From: Takakia lepidozioides
Lineage: Eukaryota; Plantae; Bryophyta
Length of the DNA stretch: 64,000 nt
Direction: 5' to 3'
Assembly (NCBI GenBank): GCA_030704615.1
Contig: CM060733.1
Span: 50,096,001-50,160,000, forward strand
Part shown: positions 48,818 to 59,786 of the stretch, one piece after another
Numbering within the stretch: the stretch's first letter is position 1
Layout of the letters: the number at the start of each line of letters is the position of its first letter
The notes under the pieces: generated by a model
Seen by the model: the letters and a program-made list of their open reading frames with translations, nothing else
What the model was told of the DNA's origin: nothing
Databases searched by the model: none
Program-made: the position numbers and the translations under genes

Positions 48818-51800
48818 ATGGCCGACGAGGCACGACAGTATGTAGACGAAGACGAGGAGGAGGATTTGTTGTGTGTCCCTGCGGGCGAGCACACTGGCGA
48901 TTCTAGCGAAGATATTCTTCGCCACCCAGCTCCTGCACCCTCGCTTCCCCAGAAACGCCCGTCGCCGGCAAAATCACCATCTGTAAGCACCTCCTCACTA
49001 TGACGCCACATCTTCAGCATTTCTATGCATTCACATGCTCAGCATACCCATGAAGGAAGCATGCAAATGTACAGAACGTGTCTGAGACTTTCTTAGCATT
49101 CCAGGATGTAAATGCACTTCCCACACAGAAGAGGTTGAAAGGTGGAAGCCACAGAAAATCTGGCAGTGGACGTGGCACAACTTTGAATGCAATCACATTT
49201 GGAAAGTTCTCACTTTGGGAATTTCACATTGGGGAGATGGCATTGCTAGAAAAATTGGGATGTAGGAAGGAAGGGATGCCCGAGCATATAGGCAGTGAAA
49301 CCCCACAATGGGATAGGAAATCAACCCCTTTTGCTATATCTTCATCGTGTACATAGTTTGGGTTAAAGTCAAAGGCTCTTACTAAGAGGTTGATACATAG
49401 TGATGTTTCTGTTTACAACTAAAATGCAATGTCCATTCAAATGAGTCCATCTACCCACTGATGCAAGTACTTGTATGCACGCTTTGATACAAGCATGCCA
49501 ATGGTTTTTGAGGTCTCCCCACTAGGTAGGCTTTGGAATTGGCCATGTAGATTTGGCTCAGCCCCCACTTTTCTGAATGGGTAAACAGAAGTGTGGGGCA
49601 CCTGATGAGTCTGAGGGGATGAGGACCTGCTCATAGGAGGATGAGTACAATCAAAGCTTTAAAATGGCAGGTGCACGGCGTTAATTTGTTCTAAGTTGCC
49701 ATGATTTCATTTGAATGCTTTGATTGACTTTAATGTTTGAATTGGTTTTTATTCTGTGCAGGCCAGGAAGAGGCGAGCTTCCATCGAAGGCGCTGCAGCT
49801 GTGGTGGGCAGTCCATCGGGGCGGGGGTTGTTCAAACAAGTCAACCCTGCTACAAACAAGTCCCCAAGCGCAGAACGACCACCTCCACGACCTATTCCAC
49901 AGTACCCTCCGTACACACATTACCCACATGCCTACCCCACCCCCGATCAGTATGGCGCTGCGGGCCCTTACAACCCGCACATCCAATACAAGCCCCCTCC
50001 AGGTGGTTACCCACAGCAGCCATATGCCCATTCTCCTCCACCTATTCCCCCTTACCTCCTAGACCCACATGCTTACCCGGCATCTACACGTCCACCATAC
50101 GAACCTTTTGGGCCATACGGTGGGCGATACTGTCCCGCCCCCCATTCCCCATGGCAACCCCCAGCTGCCCCACCACCTGAGGTGGCAAAGGAAGAGACCC
50201 CTATGACCAAGAAGGAGCGAGCTAATGCTTTGAGGCGGGCGAACAGGCGTGCCAGGGCAGAGGCAATCCGAAACCATGATGCGCGAGACGAAGATGGACT
50301 CCCCCCTCAAGTGCTTCCGGTTGACAAAGCTGGAGAGCCCATTGGACCAGCACGCAATACCTGGCATGCAGCCCTCAAAGGCCAGATGTGGCGTTTGTGT
50401 GACATGTCAATGCATATTGCAGCGCAGGATGAATCTGTCATTGAAGAAATATATAGGATTCTAAACTCTACATTTGCGTACACGCCACGTGGTCTTGACT
50501 ATGAGCACATGAGGAAGACACTTGGCATTGCCTTGAAAACCCAAAGACACGAGATCCATGCAATGTACAAGGCAGGCGAGGGGAGGCCTGCGCATCTGAA
50601 GGAAGCTCATTGGGACAGGCTGGTATCGTATTGGCAGACAGCAGGATTCAACGCAAAAAGTGCCCTCATGAAGGTTGCAAATTCATCAATCAAGAAGCCT
50701 TCAAAAACAGGACGTGGTGGGAAGGCATCTGTTGAGGCTCGGCTTGTAAGTTCACACACCAGCCTTTTTGCCCTCTTTGCCTTGGCTGATTGTTGTTTAT
50801 AATGTGAAACAGGCTAAGTCCTGGCAGAAGAGAGTAGAAAAGATTCTCAAGGACCTGGACCTGGATCCGCAAGTATTGACCCAGCTGGATAAATCTGACT
50901 TAGAGGTTGTAGTGTCTGAAGGCATGTCTGTTGCCATCAGATTGTCTGATGAAAATGAAGTTAGGCAGAGAACTTCCCGAAGTTGTTTCCAGTCAGTGAC
51001 ATGGGGGTGGACATCTTGGATGACCTCAAGGGTCTACCCACAAGTTGGAAGTAGACTGAAATTTAAACTCAGGGCAGGAAGCCTACCTTTGAACAACAAA
51101 CAGAAGCAGAGAGGAAAGGGAGAGTGCAATTGTCCGTAGTGTAGGCAATCTGAAGACAATATTCATTTTCTGATACACTGTCCGGGGTTCTCTCACCAAA
51201 GAGACGTTGTCTTCAATTCAATCAAGGGAATTGTGCCTGTACCCCTATTTACCAACTTTGAAACTCTCGAGGCTGAGCCAAAAGCCGCGGCCCTCCTGAG
51301 GCCTAGTTTTGGGGCAAATCACACCCAGCAGATTGATGCTTGTGTGAAGGGTTTTCTAGAGGATATCTGGAAAACCCGGATTAAATCTTTATATGAAGGT
51401 AAGTCTTACTACCAATGTCAACCCCTGACTGAGGTAGGTTCTGTTCCTTTTGTTCCCGCTCAAACTGGGCGTGGGGTCAATGGCCAGAAGGCTACGGCAA
51501 ACAACGTCTTATGAGTACAATGTATAATGGGGTGTCCATTTCCCCCATTTTACACCATGTTAGGAGGGAAGTACGAAGTGCCACCAGGCTTTGTCATTGA
51601 ATTCTCCCAATTATGTCCCCGGCAATCAGGTTTTTCTTGAAGGGGTGTTGCCTGTGGAGTGAACTAAAGTGTTCATTCACCTTGTCGCAAGGTGCTTGTA
51701 GGCTTTTCTTTAAGGGGGGACCTGCCCGGGAATTGTGCCTGTACCCCTGTTCACCAACTTTGAAAGTTGAGAGGCTGAGCCAAAAGCCCAGGCCTTCCTG

Positions 51801-54487
51801 AGGCCTAGTTTTTGGGCAAATCACACACAGCAGATTGATGCTTGTGTGAAGGGTTTTCTAGAGGATATCTGGAAAACCCGGATTATTGGATTACTAGAAA
51901 ACCCGGATTACCCGAACCTGGCAAAGTTGTGAAGTGGGTGGGGTCCTCATTTTACATACCAATCTGTAAGTGTGGATAGAGGAGGGTCTGATCAGAGTTG
52001 TCGTGCAATGATGATGTCAGGGCAGTATTTGAAACTGCAATAGTGAGAGTGAGTGTGAGTGTTAACATGACTTTTTGTGGTCATTAACATAGGGTAGTGT
52101 TGTGCTGGTGATTACTCTTCTGCATTAGCTGCATTTGTCACTCAGCTCTCTGTATTACTGCAGACATAGTGACTAGGTTAGTGGGCGCGGGGATACCAAT
52201 ATTGGTTGCATCCCAACAGTATGTCTGACAAACCTCTGTTCAATCACTGTTGTCACAGAATGGTATGTCGCTCGTCAGGTTGACCATGCTAGCATACTGA
52301 GCTGGTACATGACAAATGCAGGCAAAGGAGCGAGGCCGAAGTCCATCGTTGCATGAAATCCAGGAAGGTTCAGTAAGCAGAACATTGACCAACGAGCGGA
52401 TGGTGAGATCCACGTGATCATTCTTTCTCCCATTTTTTGTCGATTATTTTGTTCTAGGCATTTTCCCTACCAACGGCATGATGTTCTCATGTTGTTCATG
52501 GACTTGCGTGGACCTGGCAGGAGGGGACCTCTGGGTATTCAGCAATTGCTCGCAAAGTGGAGGATATGGAAAGAGCACAGGGTGCACAACACAAAGATAT
52601 GATGGATTTGAAGGCTACAATATCGCATGTGATGATGTACCAGAAGGCCATGGCTGAGAAATTTGGGATCAGCATTTCCTCACCTGCCTTAGTGGGCTCA
52701 TCCATAGCAAACAGCTCGTGCATCGCTGGCCCTTCAGCCTCAAGACGTCTGGAGGACAGGTTTGACTTGCCTGGCATGTCACCAGGTAACGTCACTCCCG
52801 TTGATGCATTCGAGGATGATGTGCAGGTGGAGCATGTTGGGCCAGGTGGAGGGGACGACACCCCTACCAAGGAACTTACGCGTCCTTGTGCAGTTCTGTC
52901 ACACTGTGCGGTAGTGGAGGCGCATGCAGAACTCCAGCCTGCTGCTGTCGCGGTGGGGGCATCTGAGACAACCCTGGACATTGACCTTGTTTCCCCGCGG
53001 GCAGATATTACCCAGCAACCCACGGTTGTCACTTCCACTCCCAACCTTCAATTAATGTCGGAGAATGTCGTGCACACAATAGTGGAGAAGGGCAAGCATT
53101 TGCTCATCCTAGATATTAATGGATTGCTGTGTGAGTGCGTCCATGTCGGGAGCGGTAATGCGTTTGTGGTTCCAAGTGGCCTTGAGCACAAATTATGTGG
53201 TAGCAAGATGGTCGTTGTAAGGCCTGGTTGCAAAGATTTTTTGGACAAGTGTTTCGAACACTTTGAAGTGGCAGCATGGTCTTGTATGCAACCACGTAAC
53301 TTCCTACCCACAGTGGACTGGCTTTTCCATGGGCACCGTGACCTTGCATTCAAGTGGGATGGGGGATATTGTGAGCAGTCCACTGACATGGATGGGAGCC
53401 TGCCCATGAAACCACGGTTTCTGAAGAACCTATCTACAGTGTGGCGGGACAACTGTGTCTGGAATCCTGAAACCACTCTTCTTGTTGACGACACACCGCA
53501 CAAGGGGTCAAAAAATCCAGCATACAGCGCCATTTTCCCACTGCCTTGGAGAAGTCGTTCTGTAGAGGCGCACAATGATAATTTCCTTCTGACCAGCTTA
53601 TGGCCCTTCTTGGAGGGGGCAGCTAAGGCTCCGAGCATTCCAGAATATCTCAAAGGGCAACCCACATTTGGGCAACAAGCTATCAGCCCTCGAGCCATTC
53701 AGCCTCGCCAGGTAACATACTTTGTAGTGTGGTACACAGTGCCAGACATTAGAGGCATTTTTGTGTGACTCCCTTGTGCCATTGCCAGCCTCATTTGTGC
53801 TTAAGTTGTGGCAGTAAAACATGTTGTGATAGAGTTTGTCAAATTACTGTCGCAGTGTCAACTGTAGGCATTGACAGTTTGGGTGCATCTTATTGTGTTA
53901 GTGTAATTTGAGTTCCCAGTGTAGATAATATACATTTTTGGTGCTTGTTGGTTGGTTGTAGGTGCTTGGCCACAAACGAGGCCCCCCAAATCAAAGGGCA
54001 GCACACCTTCACCCTTTGAGGAAGCCGATACCACTGATCCATGATTCGCAGAATGGGGTAAGTGTATGCATCTGCTATTCTCCCCTTCCCGACCTGGATA
54101 GACAAATTGTTATTAGCTCCTTGTAGACCTTGTAGACACAATACGTTCCACGATCCATGTTCCACAATTCTCATGCAATCTGCCATGTTTGGGCTGGGAT
54201 GGCAGTTCGTGGTGGGAGATCATGTCAAGCTCATAGACACTGTTTCGCGATCAACAGCCGGATCTGGCCGCATTGCTGGTCTCCAAGGGATGGAGATGAG
54301 TGAAGGGTACCCTGTTGTGCCAGAAGGCTATGTGGCCATCCACATTGATGATGTCCGCATTCCCAATGCCCCTCTACCATATCACAACAAATCCATGAAG
54401 CCTCATCACACTGAGTTGGGAGACACTGTAGGTTACATTACTGTGTGGAGTGACAAACTAGTGAAGACCTTGCAGACAAAGAGATGA
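48818..54487 (+). CDS. CACTA TnpA-like protein (Transposase_24-like and C-terminal Transposase_23-like domains) with an internal FCP1/NIF HAD-phosphatase domain, 932 aa
   Basis: Exons 48818-48982, 49762-50745, 52322-52402, 52521-53711, 53962-54057 and 54206-54487 are all phase 0, GT-AG and open (2799 nt). Motifs RPAHL...HWDRLVSYW...KTGRGG, LLILDINGLL...RPGCKDFL...AAWS...KNL...TLLVDDTPHK..KNP and PEGYVAIHIDDV..PNAPLP...LGDTVG..TVW. Confidence 0.8.
50795..51890 (+). mobile_element. 3' fragment of a LINE in a TnpA intron, with partial internal duplication
   Basis: KFKLRAGSLPLN...CNCP*C..SEDNIHFLIHC is the C-terminal CCHC region of a LINE ORF2. About 51226-51382 is duplicated at about 51728-51885. 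Confidence 0.7.
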
Positions 54488-55989
54488 GGCAGGTCGGCTA
54501 GCATCGTGGATTTCTTGGGGATTTCCACCTGTGCCTCATCCGGATTTGGCAACTACGGTAACTTATAGTAGTGACAGTTTCTCTGAATTGACTGTCCAAT
54601 TTTGATAGCAATCACATGTTGGATTTTCTCATGCATGTTGTTGCAAACTTATGCCTCATTAATGAGCAATGTGGTGGTAGGTGGTATGTCCCCATTGCAC
54701 ACACTATGGTTGGTTATGTTGTTGCTGTTCATATGTGGTTGATAATGGTGATGCTGGATGGTGATGTTGCTGCTATTGTGGTCTTTCAGAATTACGTCTG
54801 TGCCACTTTTGTGCCACTTCTGTGCCTGAAGTCTTGCTGTATACATGATTGTGATGTTGTATGGCACATGCACGTGGCACCCTATTGGCTGCCTCTGTGG
54901 CATATCCACGTGTCCGTCTAGAGTCATAACCATGAGTACCGAACCCAATATGATACGTGTATGAGTATATTACATTCTGACACGTGACCCCCTAAGGTCC
55001 CCGCGCGATTGGTCCTATGACTCCATATGCAGAACGTCCAGTCAAATGTATGTCTACGAAGCAGCACGTGAGGTTTAGAGGATCGTGCACGTGGCACCAC
55101 CTAGGACTACAACGTCCTCATGGAATCCCCTGTTCATGGAATATACCGTACTGCGCCAGTCGTAGGTATGACTGGCAAGAATCCACCACAGCTCTCGAAA
55201 GTCCAGCACGTGGGCACACACAAACGTGGCATATGGTGTCCCCAGATGCTGCCACGTGTTGACCCCAAATTTCCCCCCATGAAGACATACATGTGACTGC
55301 GAAGCCCCGTCCCCCACAGTGACACGTGGCAATGATATGTCGCACCACGCGTTTCTTCTATGACGCGACACGTGCTGTCGTTTAATTCCCTCGTCCGCTG
55401 TCATAGCTGGCAGTGAGGGCTGGCGTCGCAGTCTGACACGTGGCATGTTCTGTAGCCACCACGTGTCTGTCTTACACCGCGGCTGACATGGACTACACTG
55501 TCCGTTCAGTCATTCAGTAATGCCAGTGTGTATGACTACCCCCACAGCTGCTCTGGCGCCACGTGACAGCCAGCCTGGAGAGTCATATCTGCCATGTCAC
55601 AACTGACTAGGTCTTTACGTCTTCAGAGTCAGGAAGTCGTAAATGGCTTCCATGACTGCATTTGCAGTCATAACACAGAGACGTAAAAGCCGCTTTTTGT
55701 TGTAGTGCATGTTGGTTTTGTGTGGGCGCTTGCTTTCATAGGGATTAGGCCGGATTTAATCACCGGTCAATCCTAGAGTATGTTGTTGGTGGTGAGGCTG
55801 GAGTGATGACCAGCAAGACCGTCAGTGTTTCTTCTATGGTGAGACTGGGTTGGTGACCAGCCAACCATAGGAGTTCTTGTGGTGGATGCAGGTGCAGGTG
55901 CCCTTAGCCACTAGGATATGACCCTTAATCCGCAACAGGTGCTCACCCGTGTCACTATTAGAATTAGTACTAGAGCCTTATAGTGTCAC

Positions 55990-57951
55990 GTGGGGGAGGT
56001 GCGGGTTGTGAGTGTCATCACGGAGTTACCCAAGGGTTTTGAGGGGAGTACGGCTACCGGCAGTAGCAGTGAGAGTGGGTTCACCAGACGAGGTGTTCGT
56101 TTCAGACCACCTTCACCTCCACCCTCAACTAGTGCAGAGTCAGACACAGACTCGGAGGCTTCATCAACAGGTGTGCAGTTTCATTCGCCATTGTTGTGGG
56201 ACGACATGGAGGAGATGTATGGAGCTACCAAGGGGCCTCGTAGGTACTCTGGAGCTATGGGCACAATCGAGCTGGATGACTTTATCTAGGAGTTCGAAAG
56301 CTGGTATGATTTGCAGCAGATGCGCAATCCACAGCTGTTCACCCCATTCATGGCGTGGAAGGGACTGTTCCAGCATTTGGAAGGCCCGCCTATGGACGAT
56401 TACCACGAGTTCAGGCGAGGACATAAAGCAGAGATTGAGGAGTGGAGGATGTATTGGTCACCTGACTACGTCTCCATTACTCAAGGCACGACGCGACCAG
56501 TAGCTGCATCAGCACCAATATCTCCCACTGCCAGCATTAGTAGTGGAACAAGTAGTGTTGGTACTTCTGCAGGTGGTACCAGTTCAAAGGGTGATACTAC
56601 TCCTCCTGCCACGACTACAACACGTGCCTAGATTCAACCCGGTGGTGGAGTTCTTCCAGGAGTTGCGGACGAACTACCAAGGCATACGGACAGAGAAGCT
56701 ACGAAGTTTACAAGACTTCCAGCGCAAATCCAGTGAGAGCTTGCGAGAGGCCTACACTCGTATGAGGCGCTTGATAAGTGTGACCCAAGAAGTTATTGAA
56801 GCTCAAGCAATCCAGTTCTGGTATGGAATTTTGGACAAGGAGCTCAGGAGAAGGGTGCGGGATGCAACCCTGCTATAAGCAGCCCAACCCACATTAGCAT
56901 ATGTGTTTATGTTGGCTGAGCGAATTGAGCTCAACATGGTGGAGGAGCGAGTTGTTACCATTGGATTTGGCAAGGACATGCTTGCACAAGGCGCAGTTGC
57001 CAGCCACCAGATACAAGCGACTGCCCAAAACGTGGTCAGGGCAAGGTTGCCCAACCCAAATTCCATGGAGCTTACATGGGACCTCAGGTGCAGAGGCCAG
57101 TAGCTTCTTTTGCAGGCCAACCGCAACCAGGGGTGGTATGTTGGATATGTGGAGGACCCCATGTCAAGAAAGATTGCCCAGAAAGTGGCAAAGGGCCGGC
57201 ACAAGCACAGCCTGCACAGTTGCAATGTGGGCATTGTGGCAAGTATGGGCATAGAGATGCCGAGTGTTATGACTTGCACCCTGAGTTGTGGCAAGGCCAA
57301 GGGAACAATGGTGGCCGAGGGCAAGGTAGAGCACCTCTGAGAGGACGAGGCGCAGGACAAGGGCAAGCACAGTATGGCCAAGGACGTGGAGGTCAGGGCG
57401 TTGACCAAGGCATGGCCAACCGGCTTCAGCAGCTAGAACAACGGCTTGTTGCCATGGCCACAGCTCAGGTGGTACCAGCTCCAAGACCTGAGGGTCCACC
57501 TCTTGTTCCTCCTCAGCAGCGTCATCCTGACGGATGAGACATGGGAGACATGGGATTTATGTGCGGGGCAGCACTTGAATGGCTACTTATACAGGTGGAT
57601 TCTGCTGCAACCGTCGCTCGAGGAGCAGCACGAGTTCCTGAGCCACGAGGTGCGGTGGAGTTGGATCCACAGCGTGGGGAGGCAAGCCGTCAGGCTAGGT
57701 TGCCTCAATCATTCATCTTGGGGGAGATAGTGTCGACGACATCCATGGCACCTAGTTCTCGTCCGACAGATACAGAAGCCGTTATTGTGTCATTGGGGAG
57801 AGCTACACGTGCAGCACTGACACCTGCTGCTAAGGCTAGTGCAGCCAGTGTGTTGTTGGGGGCAGCCACCGCTGTGTGTCAAGCCCTACTGTTCTTGGCA
57901 ACCATGATCGCGATGTCGGGGGTAAGACCAGCTATAGTGTTGAGACTAGCA
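55990..57951 (+). pseudogene. LTR-retrotransposon gag remnant (Ty3/Gypsy-like), interrupted by a Mutator element
   Basis: FQRKSSESLREAYTRMRRL (retrotransposon gag motif) and two zinc knuckles, CWICGGPHVKKDC and CGHCGKYGHRDAEC. Several TAG/TAA stops and frameshifts. Confidence 0.8.
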
Positions 57952-58189
57952 GGGGGGTTGCTATTCCATGAGCTCATGAGCGGGCATGGCTAACCCATGA
58001 GCCGCAAAGTAACACACTTCGAATTTCGGTAGATTTTTTTCGGGCCAAAAACTATAAAATAATCAAAAATCGAAGATTTCCGCGCTCATGCTGGAAGCAC
58101 TCCGCTCATGAGTACCAGTGTACGCTCATGACTTGGAGCCCAGGCTCATGGACCGCCAGGCCAGGTCATAGAATAACAGAATTCTGGGC

Positions 58190-58680
58190 AATAACGGCAC
58201 CGAAATTATCCCAGAGGCAGAGACGCAAGCGGAATTAGGATCCGGGTTTGCAAACTCCGAAAACGCAATGGCGACCTATAACCGTGGATAGTACTATTGC
58301 AGAAGTGCAGGATGGTTGGGTATAACGACGCTGTAATTGGGCACAGGAAAAGAAATAGCGCGCTGAAGGCTCAGGAGTGAAGCCAACAACGGTGAAAGTA
58401 ATTGGGCTCTGCCAACCAAATACCCGGCTGCATCCTCCGGAGTGCAGGCGAAAACGGCGCCGAAATGGGCCCCGGAAACCAAATACTCGGCTGAAGCCAC
58501 CGGAGTGCAGCCGATAACGGCGCCGAAATTGGGTCCGGAAACCAAATACCCGGCTGAAGGATGGGGATTGCAACCAATAACGGCGCCGAAATTGACCTGC
58601 GGAAACAAAATTCTCGGCTGAAGCTTCCGCACTCCATGTAATAACGGCGCCAAAATTGGGCGTCGGAGAGCAAATACCCG
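58190..58680. repeat. Degenerate tandem repeats of about 60 bp with core ATAACGGCGCCGAAATT
   Basis: Copies near 58190, 58452, 58514, 58576 and 58641. The same motif appears as the palindrome ATTTCGG(C/T)(A/G)CCGAAAT at about 63638, 63765 and 63946. Confidence 0.8.
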
Positions 58681-58778
58681 CCTTACGGTGAGGGAGGCCT
58701 TGCTCTCATTTTGCTCTTCACTCTTCTCTGTTGTGCCCATCTCCTCCCTGCTTTGAGTTCGTGCTGTGTCGTGAGGCC

Positions 58779-59330
58779 ATGTCGTGCCCGAATCACATCT
58801 ATCGACGCCAGACGGGAGTCATTTTCCCGAAAGCAGACGACATCATTGTCTTCCTGGATGTTTACAGGGACGATCCTCGACTTGTCCAGCTGAGAGCAAT
58901 GGAGTTTCTTCCAGGATTGCACGATTCTCCTGGACCCCGGCTGGGGAGCAGGTGGTTCCTACGCATCATGGACCTGGACTTTCCGCATGTGTGGGAGCCG
59001 AACAGATCACGCACAGCGTTGCTGTATCGCTGGAATTGTTGCGAGTGGACGTATGATGAGTGCATAGGTGAAAACTTTACGCGTGGACGGACTGGCTCGG
59101 AAAGTGGGGACATTCTCTTCAGTTATGAGGATGAGGAGGAGGGGAACACAGGGCCCACTGTGAAAATGTCCTTCTACCAAGGGGGCGCTATCGATAAACA
59201 CGACATCCTCGTTAGTTTCAACCGGGCGACAGAAACCACTGACATTTTGTTCAAATATAGGCACCCGGTCACTGAGGAGGTCCTTGAGAGGCCAGTTCGA
59301 GTTCCTTCTTCTTGGGCGAGGGGACCATAG
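58779..59330 (+). CDS. Orphan 183-aa ORF inside the second Mutator element
   Basis: Single uninterrupted ATG-initiated ORF, convergent with the transposase. No recognisable motif. Confidence 0.5.
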   Translation: MSCPNHIYRRQTGVIFPKADDIIVFLDVYRDDPRLVQLRAMEFLPGLHDSPGPRLGSRWFLRIMDLDFPHVWEPNRSRTALLYRWNCCEWTYDECIGENFTRGRTGSESGDILFSYEDEEEGNTGPTVKMSFYQGGAIDKHDILVSFNRATETTDILFKYRHPVTEEVLERPVRVPSSWARGP

Positions 59331-59786
59331 GTCTTGCATGCTAGAGTAGACATGTTTCAACTTGCTGACACTCATGGCACATACATTTTCATTCAGAAAT
59401 CAAGCAGCTTCCCTGTGCCATATGGGGAATATACAGGCTTCGATAATCTTCTGTTAATGTTATTTGCAATTCACTGCCAGTATGCTGGGACGTGTCCTTT
59501 GTCGTATGGATTGCTGTTTGCACAAGGTGCAGTATGCAAATGCTGGAATGTGCAGTAGGACCCTTCCCACTGGGACACAGAACTAGCAATCTTGTAAAGG
59601 CATCACATTTGCAGAACAGTAACAATGTATTTGTAGCAAATTGGAGTCTTCTCATAAAGGTGGACGAAATTCACATGTAGCCATGGCGATGCGGCACCAC
59701 CAAGTGTATAATTCCTCACAAAAAAATAGGGTGCAAGAAGATGAATGTAATATAATTGCCACTTTCTCCTTCCCGAATGTGGAATG

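Larger units (their letters stand above)
27522..55707. mobile_element. Composite CACTA unit (left end from one family, right end from another)
   Basis: CACTACAACAAA at 27522 and TTTGTTGTAGTG ending at 55707 form a 12-bp perfect TIR, flanked by TSD CAT (27519-27521 and 55708-55710). GTCGC-type subterminal repeats run 27560-27960 and resume at 41107. Confidence 0.75.
41999..55707. mobile_element. Full-length CACTA element (transposase- and TnpA-encoding partner of 12488-16977)
   Basis: Left TIR CACTACAACAGATTGCGGCTTTT and right TIR AAAAGCCGCTTTTTGTTGTAGTG. Flanks are TTT and CAT, so it lacks its own TSD. Contains divergent TnpD-like and TnpA-like genes. Confidence 0.92.

Noticed and set aside
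53048-53698. Long antisense ORFs (also 39322-39960, 60250-60807, 35935-36582)
   Set aside because: These are shadows of real coding exons on the opposite strand and have no motifs.
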